From a virus (taxonomy: Duplodnaviria; Caudoviricetes): a DNA stretch of 64,000 bases. Shown one piece after another: positions 17,869 through 26,703 of this stretch (position 1 is its first letter; the number at the start of each line of letters is the position of its first letter). The translations under genes and the position numbers were made by a program. The stretch is taken from the IMG/VR virus record IMGVR_UViG_3300012122_000001, positions 1 through 64,000 of that record, one strand, 5' to 3'. The notes beneath the pieces were generated by a model. That model was not told the origin of the DNA and did not search any database. It saw nothing but the letters and a program-made list of their open reading frames with translations.

Positions 17869-18987
17869 ATGATCGGAGCACTTGTATTTGCGAACCCCGG
17901 ACGGCCTGTAGCCGCTCGGAGGAGACGTTCGCGTTCCCGTACCGCCCGCACGACGGGCAGGAGAGTCAAGATGGCACGCACCCGTTCGCGCCGTCGCACC
18001 GGGCGGCGCATCCGGCGGAATGCCAAGGGGCATTTCGTCACCCGGCGCCGGTCGACCCGGCGTCGGCGTCGGAATCCCAGCGGCTTCATCAAGGTCGGCC
18101 GCCGCTGGAAGAAGATCACGAAGTACGCCCGTCGGCGCCGTCGGGGCAGCCGGAAGGGCCAGATCCGGGCCTTCAAGTTCCCGAAGCGGTATCGGCGGAG
18201 CCGCCGGGTTCGTCGGAACCCCGTGGTCGTCGCCAACCCGCGTCGGAGCCGTAGCCGTCGGGCGCGGCGCAACCCGTATCGGCGTCATCGCCGGTACGTC
18301 CGTCGGAATCCCAGCGTCGCGTATCGGCTGACGTCGGATCCGGTCGCGGCGATCAAGTCGGCGATCATGTCCGCGTTCTCGATGGACACCGTCGAGACGC
18401 TGTTCCACATGGGCCTGGGCTTCGGCTCGTCCATCGTGGTCAGCCGGACGCTGATCAAGCAGTGGCTGCCGGTCCTCGGCGAGACCGCTCTCGGCCGGGT
18501 CGGCGGCACGTTCGGGACCGGCGTGGTCCTGACGGCGCTGTCGAGCTTCCTCAAGAACTCGAGCCTCACGGCCCGGTTCCTGACCGGCTCGCTGTTCGCC
18601 ACCTTCTGGCAGGGCCTGTCCGAAGTCGTGTCGGCCTACCAGCCTCAGCTCAAGGAGTTCATCCCGACGCTGTCGGGCGCTCCGGAGACCGAGGAGTTCC
18701 GTCGCGCGATCGAGCGGGAAGTTCTCCGCGAGCTCAAGGGCGGCGTGAACGAATACCTGCCCGCGGCGGGCGCCGAGGGGTACTCGACGTACCTCCGCCC
18801 GGCCGGGATCGAGTACCTCCGTCCCGCCGGGACGGAAGCGTACCTCACCGAAGTGGGCGCGGAGCGCGCCCAGGGAGGCATGGGCGCCTTCCTGACCGAC
18901 CGCGAGGTCAGTCGCGTCGAAGCCCGGCCCAGCGGGGTCGGCGAGGACGAGTTCGGCAGGGGCGACACCCTGCCGGAGCGGTTCTAG
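17869..18987 (+). CDS. Arg-rich (protamine-like) core/membrane protein
   Basis: About 56 Arg and no Asp/Glu in first ~150 aa, six NP motifs, central hydrophobic helices, C-terminal YLxPAG repeats; strong AGGAGA RBS. Confidence 0.8.
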   Translation: MIGALVFANPGRPVAARRRRSRSRTARTTGRRVKMARTRSRRRTGRRIRRNAKGHFVTRRRSTRRRRRNPSGFIKVGRRWKKITKYARRRRRGSRKGQIRAFKFPKRYRRSRRVRRNPVVVANPRRSRSRRARRNPYRRHRRYVRRNPSVAYRLTSDPVAAIKSAIMSAFSMDTVETLFHMGLGFGSSIVVSRTLIKQWLPVLGETALGRVGGTFGTGVVLTALSSFLKNSSLTARFLTGSLFATFWQGLSEVVSAYQPQLKEFIPTLSGAPETEEFRRAIEREVLRELKGGVNEYLPAAGAEGYSTYLRPAGIEYLRPAGTEAYLTEVGAERAQGGMGAFLTDREVSRVEARPSGVGEDEFGRGDTLPERF

Positions 18988-19002
18988 GCATCAATCAAGG
19001 AA

Positions 19003-19146
19003 GCCCTGGGAGGGAAACCTCCCAGGGCCTCCCCCAGGGCGGCCCAGTGCGGGCCTTCCTGGGGGAGTCGGGCAGGTAAGCACCAGCCCGTCCCGGTGGG
19101 ATGTAGCAGCAGGCCGAGAGGCCGCTTGAGGTCATTGTGACCTCAA
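19003..19146 (+). other. multi-hairpin structured RNA leader of capsid gene
   Basis: 11-bp stem with GAAA loop (19003-19028); 10-bp stem 19029-19038/19058-19067 with inner GGCCC/GGGCC; GGCC-GAGA-GGCC; 9-bp TTGAGGTCA/TGACCTCAA. Confidence 0.6.
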
Positions 19147-19182
19147 CCCGCAGAATGGTGCTTGATCAAGGAGATCGAGAGT

Positions 19183-19821
19183 ATGCCTCCTCCCATGGAT
19201 GCGGGCGCGCCGATCCAGGTCGTGCAGCCCTACTACAAGATCGTGCAGGGCGTTCCTGCGGCGATCGTCCGGTCGTACAAGCAGCCCCTGTACGACTCGG
19301 AAGTGATCCTCTCCGCGTCCCCGACGCGGGAGTTCACGCTGTACTCGAAGCCCGTCGGCCAGATGCTGAACGACGCGGCGACGACCAAGACGTTCGTCCA
19401 CTCGAACCAGACGCAGGCCGGGTCGCTCGGCACGCCTCTGAGCTTCGACGTGTACGGCTTCAACAAGCGCGTCTGGGGCGGCGTCGCGACCAAGGTCATC
19501 ACCATCGGCAACTCGACCCTGGTCGAGGCCGCGGGCGTGGCCGAGGTCATCTTCGGTCAGGACACGAAGTTCCTGACGATCCCGATCGAAGACGTGCCGT
19601 CCGGCGTGGACTACGAGGGCATGGGCGCGACCGATGCGCCGCACATCGGCCTCGGGCAGTCCGACAACCTGTACCGCTTCGACGTGGGCGGTCGGGCGCT
19701 GCACATCAACTCGACGGAGCCGTATCAGGTCAAGATCTCCTGGCCGTCGAGCCTCTCCGGCATCACCGGCAACCTGCTGTTCCGGTGGTTCATGCGCGGA
19801 ATCCTTTACAAGGGCGTCTAG
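19183..19821 (+). CDS. probable single jelly-roll major capsid protein
   Basis: 212 aa, beta-strand alternation throughout (KQPLYDS, FTLYSKP, SFDVYGF, YQVKISW, FRWFMRG); AAGGAGA RBS; flanked by hairpins; follows core protein. Confidence 0.55.
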   Translation: MPPPMDAGAPIQVVQPYYKIVQGVPAAIVRSYKQPLYDSEVILSASPTREFTLYSKPVGQMLNDAATTKTFVHSNQTQAGSLGTPLSFDVYGFNKRVWGGVATKVITIGNSTLVEAAGVAEVIFGQDTKFLTIPIEDVPSGVDYEGMGATDAPHIGLGQSDNLYRFDVGGRALHINSTEPYQVKISWPSSLSGITGNLLFRWFMRGILYKGV

Positions 19822-19854
19822 AAAAAACGTCCTTGTGCCTTCAGGCGCAACTTC

Positions 19855-19879
19855 GGGTGGCCCCTTCGGGGGCCATCCC
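19855..19879 (+). other. GC-rich UUCG hairpin after capsid gene (no U-tract)
   Basis: GGGTGGCCCC-TTCG-GGGGCCATCCC. Confidence 0.6.
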
Positions 19880-19963
19880 TTGATGAGCCCGACGAAGAGT
19901 CAGTAGCGTCCCGCACTGTTCGCGGTCCGCTTCCCTGCTGAGTTAGCTCGGAAGGAGACGACG

Positions 19964-20917
19964 ATGAGCTGGTCCCAGGTTCCGACATTCCTCCGCATCT
20001 CGGACAAGGATCCCGATCCCAAGAAGCGCGGGATCATCTACATGAACCCGGCGAAGGACTGGGTTCAGCCGTTCGAGCTGACGGTTTCGAAGCCGAACCA
20101 AGTCATCCGTCTCGCCGCGGGCGAGCAGCGCGGGCCCTTCCCGCTGACGGCGCAGTACGACGGCCCGATCGAGGTCTTCTACGTCAAGGCCAACGTCTAC
20201 GAGGACGACGACGGGGAGCCCGGCGCCCTGGTGAACTCGTACGACATCGACGTGCTCCTGGAGCATCCGGGCAAGCGGATCCAGTTCATGAACCGCTTCG
20301 TCCCGCTCGACGCGATGTCCGGAAACGCCGGGCTGCCGTACGTCCTGCCGGAGACGATCTTCATCCCGCCGGTCCAGTCGCTCAACCTGACGCTCGTCAA
20401 CAACGATCTCGCCAACGCGCGGCACGTCGAGTTCGTCCTGGGCGGCATCAAGTTCTACCCGAACATGGCGCCGTCCGAGATCCGCGGCGAGACCTGGAAG
20501 TACGTCGACCGCCGCGAGCGGACCTACGCCTACCTCATGACCACCGACGAGGAAGCCGTCGTCGCCGCCTCGGCCACCACGCCCTTCTTCATGACGATCC
20601 CCGACAACGCGGATCTCGAGGTCTTCAAGCTGACGGCCAAGGCGACCGCCGCCTTCCGCTGCCGCGTGCGCGACGGTCAGAACGACCGCGCCCTCACCGG
20701 AGACCTCGTCCACTCGGCGCTGCTCTTCGGCGGCCACCAGCCGCTCTCGGGCAACGCTGCGGTCACCGGATCCGGCGGTCTCTTCCCGGCACGCTGGGCG
20801 ACCTCGTGGCTCATCCGGCGGTCGACGAAGGTCCAGCTCGATCTCCAGGACATCAGCGCCGCGGAGAACGAGATCAAGGTCATCTTCGGAGGCAGAAAGA
20901 TCAGCTATGTCAGCTAA
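19964..20917 (+). CDS. probable double jelly-roll-like capsid protein (internal tandem duplication)
   Basis: Two ~150-aa beta-rich halves align by eye: IEVFYVKA/LEVFKLTA, GLPYVLP..IFIP/GLFPARW..WLIR, LNLTLVN/VQLDLQD, VEFVLGGIK/IKVIFGGRK. Confidence 0.6.
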   Translation: MSWSQVPTFLRISDKDPDPKKRGIIYMNPAKDWVQPFELTVSKPNQVIRLAAGEQRGPFPLTAQYDGPIEVFYVKANVYEDDDGEPGALVNSYDIDVLLEHPGKRIQFMNRFVPLDAMSGNAGLPYVLPETIFIPPVQSLNLTLVNNDLANARHVEFVLGGIKFYPNMAPSEIRGETWKYVDRRERTYAYLMTTDEEAVVAASATTPFFMTIPDNADLEVFKLTAKATAAFRCRVRDGQNDRALTGDLVHSALLFGGHQPLSGNAAVTGSGGLFPARWATSWLIRRSTKVQLDLQDISAAENEIKVIFGGRKISYVS

Positions 20918-21617
20918 AAATCCGCCTCGCCCTCCTCGGCGCCCCAGGCGCGGAGGAATGGGCGATGACCAGTACTTCTACGAGGGATGGCGCGACGCAG
21001 GCCAGGGGGAACCCAGGCCGATGGACGTCGTGTCCGATCCCAACTGCCCGCCGCCCAAGGAAGCGCAGCAGTGCGGGAAGGTCAAGCTCAACTGGGTGAA
21101 GTTCCCGGCCTTCAACCAGCCGCCGTTCTTCGCCAAGCCGCTCATCAAGGCCCGGTCGTCGCTCGTGATCCCGGCCGGGGACATCGCGCTCATCTTCGAC
21201 CGCGAGATCGCCGATCGCCAGCGTGCGATCGTCTCTCTCGTCGGGATCGACGTCGCGCCGATCGCGCCGCTCCTGAACTCGCAGCTTGAGTTCTGGTTCC
21301 AACTCGGCCGCCAGGGCGTTCCCGAAGTTTCGAAGAACGTCATTCCGGTCTGGGACGACCAGAATCCGACCGGCTACGGCGGGTCGACCCCGATCCAGTC
21401 CGGCCGGACGACCGTGTGGCCCGGTGTCGCGACCCCGGAGGAGTTCTTCAAGAACGGCCTCCAGTTCGGCGTACGCGGCCGGGGCCAGCTCCAGGGACTC
21501 ATCGAGAACAAGTCCGCCGTCGACGTCACGGTCCGCGGGATCCTGGGTTACTACTACTACTGGTCCAGCGGCCCTGGTGGTGCCTCGGAGTTCGAGGCCG
21601 GAGATTTCCAGGCGTAG
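20907..21617 (+). CDS. probable minor/penton-like jelly-roll capsid protein with basic propeptide
   Basis: MSAKNPPRPPRRPRRG-GMGD N-terminus, then beta-rich domain ending VTVRGILGYYY. Confidence 0.45.
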   Translation: MSAKNPPRPPRRPRRGGMGDDQYFYEGWRDAGQGEPRPMDVVSDPNCPPPKEAQQCGKVKLNWVKFPAFNQPPFFAKPLIKARSSLVIPAGDIALIFDREIADRQRAIVSLVGIDVAPIAPLLNSQLEFWFQLGRQGVPEVSKNVIPVWDDQNPTGYGGSTPIQSGRTTVWPGVATPEEFFKNGLQFGVRGRGQLQGLIENKSAVDVTVRGILGYYYYWSSGPGGASEFEAGDFQA

Positions 21618-21626
21618 GGAGAATCG

Positions 21627-22106
21627 ATGCCCGCACCACTGAACCCTAACCTCTGGCCGTCGGTCCTCCACGATGAGGACGGCAACCCGATCTCGGCAAC
21701 GAATCCCCTGCCCGTAACGGGGCCGGGTGGCGGTCCGGTCGAGAACGTCCTCACCCAGGTCCGGCAGGTCCAGAACGAAGAGACCACCACGCCCCTGGGG
21801 GCCGGTGCGACCTTCAACGGCGCCGATCGGGACTGCGAGAATTACGAGAGCTTCGGAATCTCCGTGTTCCTCGATCCCGACGCCGGGCAGGCACTGAACT
21901 GTTCGGTCCTGGTCGAGAACAGCATCGACGGCGTGACCTGGAGGACGGTCGACACGGTCTCCGTCGCGGGCGCCGCTGATGCGTCATCGACCCTGAACCG
22001 CGTCTACTCGGTCACGCGCCGGTTCTACCGGGTCAGCGTGATCAACAACGACGGATCGAACGGACTCGACGCGACCGAAGTCATTTCGATGATGAAGCCC
22101 ATCTAA
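21627..22106 (+). CDS. vertex/spike-associated beta-sandwich protein A
   Basis: NPLPV anchor segment, TTTPLGAGATFNG..SIDGVTW..YRV pattern typical of virion beta-sandwich proteins. Confidence 0.55.
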   Translation: MPAPLNPNLWPSVLHDEDGNPISATNPLPVTGPGGGPVENVLTQVRQVQNEETTTPLGAGATFNGADRDCENYESFGISVFLDPDAGQALNCSVLVENSIDGVTWRTVDTVSVAGAADASSTLNRVYSVTRRFYRVSVINNDGSNGLDATEVISMMKPI

Positions 22107-22370
22107 ATGGAGAAGCTCTGCAAGGATCCGTCCTGTATGGTCGAGGTCCGCGACGGTGAGGCGGCGTCTGAGAAGCTCTTCCTTGATCAGACAAACGGTC
22201 GCGTGATCTCCCTGGTGCGCCACGAGGTCTGCGCGGAGAAGTACACGACGCCGGGATCAAGGTTCCGGCGGATCTCCCAGGACGAGAAGAAGGCGCTGCT
22301 GTCCCCCGCGTCGGCTCTCAAGAACGAGCTCGCTGCGAGGCAGCGCATGAAAGTCCAGGTGGTCAAGTGA
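22107..22370 (+). CDS. small zinc-binding protein B
   Basis: CxxxxC...HEVCAEKY. Confidence 0.6.
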   Translation: MEKLCKDPSCMVEVRDGEAASEKLFLDQTNGRVISLVRHEVCAEKYTTPGSRFRRISQDEKKALLSPASALKNELAARQRMKVQVVK

Positions 22371-23584
22371 GCAGGCAGAGAAGCTCGATTGAATGGCAGG
22401 ATATCGTCGCGGCGACATTTGTCGTCGGGAAGGATCTCGTCGAGTGCGACTACCTGACCCACCAGGAGGCGATCGACAATCTCCCGGTATCGGGCGGCGG
22501 CGTCTACACACTGCCTGGGACATACTCCCAGGCGGTCACGATCACGATGCCTGACAAGGACGTCACGTTCGAGTTTGCGTCGGGCGTGACCATGTCGATC
22601 GGCTCGACCGTCATCGCGCTCTTCACGGTTCCGGACGGCCTCACGGATAGGCGTACCTACTGCTTCTATGGTCTTACGGCCACCGCTGGAGATGTTGCCG
22701 ATCAGACCTTCATGGAGCTGGCGGAGACGAACGCGCAGGGCATCGTGAAGTTCTACAACTGCACGATGACCGGCTGGAACGTCATCTTCGACGTCTCCGC
22801 TTCCGATCTCGACTACATCTTCCCGGTCGATATGTACCTCTACGGGTGCCGTCTCGAGGCTGCGGTCGGCCTGGGCGACAACACCATCGTCAAGACTGTG
22901 GCGGCAGCGGGAGCCTTTACGAGCGGCGTCGTGCTGTGGGCGCAGGACACGATGCTCAACACGGAGCAGGCCAGCGTTGCTGTCTGGAGCAGCTTCAATT
23001 ACGGCTTCGACCTGATTTCTGACGGAACCGTCTATGCTCTTTTCCAGGGCCCGTGCAAGCTCGACGGCCTTCAGGGGCCGCTCCTCCTGTACGGCTCCGG
23101 CGTCTTCGGGATGTGGGCACTCGAAATATTCGGGGGAAACTACTGGGCGCGATCTGAGTGGATTGGCGGCGCGCTTTCTTATGGTGCGCTCACCATTTCG
23201 ACCTCGATCTATCAGTTTGACAACAACCTTCAGCAGGCTGGCACCATTATCGTCAATGCCCCCTACTGCAAAATCAACGTCAGGTACTCGGACCTTGGAG
23301 GCTCACCTCCTGCGGTCGAGGTCGACCTTCTTTCCACCGCGCATCGTTGTGTGATTTCTGGAAACTTCGGAGATAACACTACCGCTGCGGTCCGCGTTGC
23401 CAGCGTCTACAACAGGTTCATCGGATGTCTCTTCGAGTCGTCGGGCGCCCACGGGACGATCGTGGAGACCGGTGCCGCCGACAACAACATCGGCGTCGGC
23501 TGCGCGGGACTCTCCAGTGGCGGCGGGATGACGATCATCGGCGCCGGTTCGGTGTTCGACCTGACCCTTGCTAACCTTCCGTAG
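22367..23584 (+). CDS. spike/receptor-binding protein, pectin-lyase-like beta-helix
   Basis: THQEAIDNLPVSGGGVYTLPGTY start of right-handed beta-helix; Asn/Gly ladder C-terminus; GTG start. Confidence 0.65.
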   Translation: MSRQRSSIEWQDIVAATFVVGKDLVECDYLTHQEAIDNLPVSGGGVYTLPGTYSQAVTITMPDKDVTFEFASGVTMSIGSTVIALFTVPDGLTDRRTYCFYGLTATAGDVADQTFMELAETNAQGIVKFYNCTMTGWNVIFDVSASDLDYIFPVDMYLYGCRLEAAVGLGDNTIVKTVAAAGAFTSGVVLWAQDTMLNTEQASVAVWSSFNYGFDLISDGTVYALFQGPCKLDGLQGPLLLYGSGVFGMWALEIFGGNYWARSEWIGGALSYGALTISTSIYQFDNNLQQAGTIIVNAPYCKINVRYSDLGGSPPAVEVDLLSTAHRCVISGNFGDNTTAAVRVASVYNRFIGCLFESSGAHGTIVETGAADNNIGVGCAGLSSGGGMTIIGAGSVFDLTLANLP

Positions 23585-23592
23585 GAGGAGCT

Positions 23593-23901
23593 GTGGCTGA
23601 GATCATCTGCAACGTCTGCCAGCTCCCGATCAAAGACCCGGCGGAGCAGATCGACCGCCTCTACGTCATCACCGCGAACAAGATGAGGCCTCTCCCGGCG
23701 CAGAAGAAGCACGACGCCTGCGCGGAGGTGTACGAGCGCAAGCGTGGACTCCAGCGTCGGTACCTCAAGACCGGTGAGTCGAAGCTCCCGGAGCTTGTCA
23801 AGACGCCTCCGGTGAGGCGCACGCCGCAGGAGAAGACCGCTGATGCTGCCGCCCTGGAGGCGGTCATCGCGCAGCAGCAGGCCGCCGCGAAACTGAGGTA
23901 G
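23593..23901 (+). CDS. small zinc-binding protein B-prime (paralog of 22107)
   Basis: CNVC...HDACAEVY; AGGAGGAG RBS, GTG start. Confidence 0.6.
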   Translation: MAEIICNVCQLPIKDPAEQIDRLYVITANKMRPLPAQKKHDACAEVYERKRGLQRRYLKTGESKLPELVKTPPVRRTPQEKTADAAALEAVIAQQQAAAKLR

Positions 23902-23904
23902 AGA

Positions 23905-24348
23905 ATGCCCGCACCACTTAATCCAAATCTCTGGCCGTCGGTCCTGCATGACGAGGAAGGGAACGTCATCAACGGGACAAATCCGCTGCCGGTCACGGGA
24001 CCAAGCGGCCCAGGCAGCGCCATTTCCGTCAAGGGATCTCCTGGGGCCACGATCACGACTGACCCGGATGTCGCGGTGCCCGGAACGGGCGGCACGGTTC
24101 CCCTGGGCCCGATTCCCGCGGGAACCCGCCGGATGTACGTCCAGAATGCCGGACCGGCCGGAACCTGGGTTCGCGTCCGTGAGGTCGGCGGGACGGCAGG
24201 ATCCGGCAGGCTTCTCCCGCGCCTGGGCGAAGCCATCTACGGCGGCGCCGACGGCGCCCTGGCCCAACTTGAGGTCCAAGACGTCTCCCTGGCGGTCGGG
24301 TTATCCGCGGTCGCGACAGTCATCGCGGTTCAGTACGAGGGAGACTAA
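23905..24348 (+). CDS. vertex/spike-associated protein A-prime (shares N-terminus with 21627)
   Basis: MPAPLNPNLWPSVLHD.EGN....TNPLPVTGP; different small beta-sandwich C-terminus. Confidence 0.6.
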   Translation: MPAPLNPNLWPSVLHDEEGNVINGTNPLPVTGPSGPGSAISVKGSPGATITTDPDVAVPGTGGTVPLGPIPAGTRRMYVQNAGPAGTWVRVREVGGTAGSGRLLPRLGEAIYGGADGALAQLEVQDVSLAVGLSAVATVIAVQYEGD

Positions 24349-24354
24349 CCTCTA

Positions 24355-25059
24355 ATGCCTGCTCCCACGTTCCTGGAACTGGCAAGGTCGATCGACCGGC
24401 AGCTCGCCGGAAACATCAACTTCCCATTTCGGACCCTCCCGGACGGCGCCTCAGCCATCACGGACAACGACTTCTATCTGGCGATCGACGCCGCCCTGGG
24501 GAACGCCGTAATCACCCTTCCAAGTGCCGTGACGGTGAAGAGCGGCCTCGGCTACCGCGTCATCCGGGTCGACAGCGTGCTCACGAACACCGTCGTGATC
24601 GGCACGACGGGCGGACAGACCATCAACGGCGGATCATCGGTGGCGATCACGCTCCAGTACTCCGTGCTCGATATCGTTTCCGACGGAACCAACTGGCTCC
24701 TCTTCGCGAGCCCGTCGGCTTACGCCTCAGCGACCGACGTCCTGTGGACGTTCCCTGGGACGGTTTCCGACGACCAGGACAACAACCTCTACACGCTCCT
24801 GGCTCCGAGGGCCATGAGCTTCGTCGGCTTCGACGTCAACCTCAACCTCGCCCCGGAGGGAGCGGATCTCATCGTCGGCTGGCTCGTCAACGGAATCGAT
24901 GAGCCGAGTGCCCAGGTGACGGTACCGGCCGGAGATACGGACGCCACCGTCGCGTTCCCGATCTCGCTCGCGCAGGGTGACACGCTTCAGCCTTACGTTG
25001 CCCAGGTCGGCGTACAGACGCCGGGATTGACGATGGTCATCAGAGCGAGGGGGACTTAA
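24355..25059 (+). CDS. fibre/spike-related two-domain beta protein
   Basis: ITLPSA...GYRVIRVD...QTING...VSDGTNW motif common in phage fibre proteins; beta-sandwich C-domain. Confidence 0.55.
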   Translation: MPAPTFLELARSIDRQLAGNINFPFRTLPDGASAITDNDFYLAIDAALGNAVITLPSAVTVKSGLGYRVIRVDSVLTNTVVIGTTGGQTINGGSSVAITLQYSVLDIVSDGTNWLLFASPSAYASATDVLWTFPGTVSDDQDNNLYTLLAPRAMSFVGFDVNLNLAPEGADLIVGWLVNGIDEPSAQVTVPAGDTDATVAFPISLAQGDTLQPYVAQVGVQTPGLTMVIRARGT

Positions 25060-25060
25060 C

Positions 25061-25867
25061 GTGGCCGCACCGACCTACCTTGCGAACAACTACAACTTCC
25101 TGGAGACGGCCGGGCAGACCGACGTCGCCAATACGATCACCAGGATCATCGCGCAGGCCCTGGCGATGGGATGGACGAATCCGAGTGGCAACATCGTCAA
25201 GTCGCCGCCGAACGCCGTCGGCCAGTTCATCCAACTGACCTTTGCCCGAATCGGCGCGACGAACCTCGAGATGGTGCTCCTCGACTCGCTCTCCCGCACG
25301 TTCACCAGGAGAGCGCAGCCCGCCGCAACCTTTGTCGAGCGGCTCTATGTGAACACCCAGGGGATGATGATCGACTTCGACAACGGAGAGGGCCTCTGGG
25401 CCTCGATCCTCGATCTCTCCCCGGAGCTCCAGGACGCGCACGACCAGTTTGCCATCGGCAACGGCGCCAGGACGGTGGCCAACACGCTCGACTCCTTCTA
25501 TCAGGTGGCCGGATCGGAGCAGCTTTCCTCGGCCACCCCGCGCGTCTACACAATCATCCAGTTCGCGGGGCTGTTCGTCCCCCGTGGCGATCTCCTGTCG
25601 GCGGCCAGCCCCCAGGGGATCCAGAGCCTCAGTCAGCCTGGGTCGCGACTCTGGTATCCGTGGATCTTCTGCGGCCCGGTGGTCGGCACCACCAACCGAA
25701 TCCGCGGTCGCGTGTTCCAGGCTCTGATCACGGACCCCACCCTTCCGGCGCAGACCGAGGTGGTTGTGCCGATCGACGGAGCGAACACCGCGACATTCAA
25801 GGTGACGGCCATGCCGACCGGCCTTGCCGGAACCTTCAACGGCAAAGTCGCCTGGAGAAAGGCATAA
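25061..25867 (+). CDS. virion surface protein, distant paralog 1
   Basis: Starts MAAPTY, LTFARIGATNLEM and ends GKVAWRKA, matching the next two genes; GTG start. Confidence 0.6.
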   Translation: MAAPTYLANNYNFLETAGQTDVANTITRIIAQALAMGWTNPSGNIVKSPPNAVGQFIQLTFARIGATNLEMVLLDSLSRTFTRRAQPAATFVERLYVNTQGMMIDFDNGEGLWASILDLSPELQDAHDQFAIGNGARTVANTLDSFYQVAGSEQLSSATPRVYTIIQFAGLFVPRGDLLSAASPQGIQSLSQPGSRLWYPWIFCGPVVGTTNRIRGRVFQALITDPTLPAQTEVVVPIDGANTATFKVTAMPTGLAGTFNGKVAWRKA

Positions 25868-25871
25868 GAAG

Positions 25872-26699
25872 ATGGCCGCCCCGAGCTACTGGAACACCGT
25901 ATTCAGAAAGAGCGTCTCAGCGGCGTTCACGGACGTCGCGGACTGGCTGACCGCCATCCGGACGATGCTCACCTCGACTCTTCCGGTCGGTTCGCGCTGG
26001 ACGGAAGGGGCAACGAACGTCTACACCTCACCGGCAGACCCGGTGTCGGGATACACCATCGTGCTCACCCTGGCCCGCACTTCGGCCGTGCGTATGTTCA
26101 TGAGCTGCACTCAGACCGTCAACGGCGTCGGTTACGGAGTCCTCCAGGGGGAATGCGACATCTCCGGCAGCGTTCAGGCAAATATATTTGCTGGTCCAAC
26201 GCATTTCTGGACCGAGATTCCCGGCGGAGACTTTGGTGGCTGTGTGGGAGTAGATACGACGCCGGAGCCCCCTGGTCAGATTACGAGCTACGTCTTTTCG
26301 AAGATGTCTCGCAACATCGTTCAGGCCGCATTCAACCTTCAGGCAGACATGTGGCACGCCCAGGACGCGAACGTGGATGCCGGAGCACCCGTGCGTGCCA
26401 GATGTCAAGGCCCGTATTTCGTTGCCAACGCCACAGGCTATGAGTTCAAGACTGCCGCCGGGAGCTTCATCTACTTCCCTGCGGTCGGCGTTACCTATCC
26501 CACGCAAGGTCTCAATACGAACCAGAAGTTCTGCGGAATCTTCCCACAGTTCGTCTGGGTCGATCCGTCGTGGATCGGTGGGAACCTCGTTCCTGTTCCC
26601 GTCGACTTCGGCGTGATCGGCGTCTTCCAAGTGGTGAGCTCGCTCATGACCGCCGCCAACAACACCAACGGTGCGAAGCTTGCTATAAGGGTGGCGTAG
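25872..26699 (+). CDS. virion surface protein, paralog 2
   Basis: Near-colinear with 26704..27561; ends GAKLAIRVA. Confidence 0.75.
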   Translation: MAAPSYWNTVFRKSVSAAFTDVADWLTAIRTMLTSTLPVGSRWTEGATNVYTSPADPVSGYTIVLTLARTSAVRMFMSCTQTVNGVGYGVLQGECDISGSVQANIFAGPTHFWTEIPGGDFGGCVGVDTTPEPPGQITSYVFSKMSRNIVQAAFNLQADMWHAQDANVDAGAPVRARCQGPYFVANATGYEFKTAAGSFIYFPAVGVTYPTQGLNTNQKFCGIFPQFVWVDPSWIGGNLVPVPVDFGVIGVFQVVSSLMTAANNTNGAKLAIRVA

Positions 26700-26703
26700 C
26701 GAT

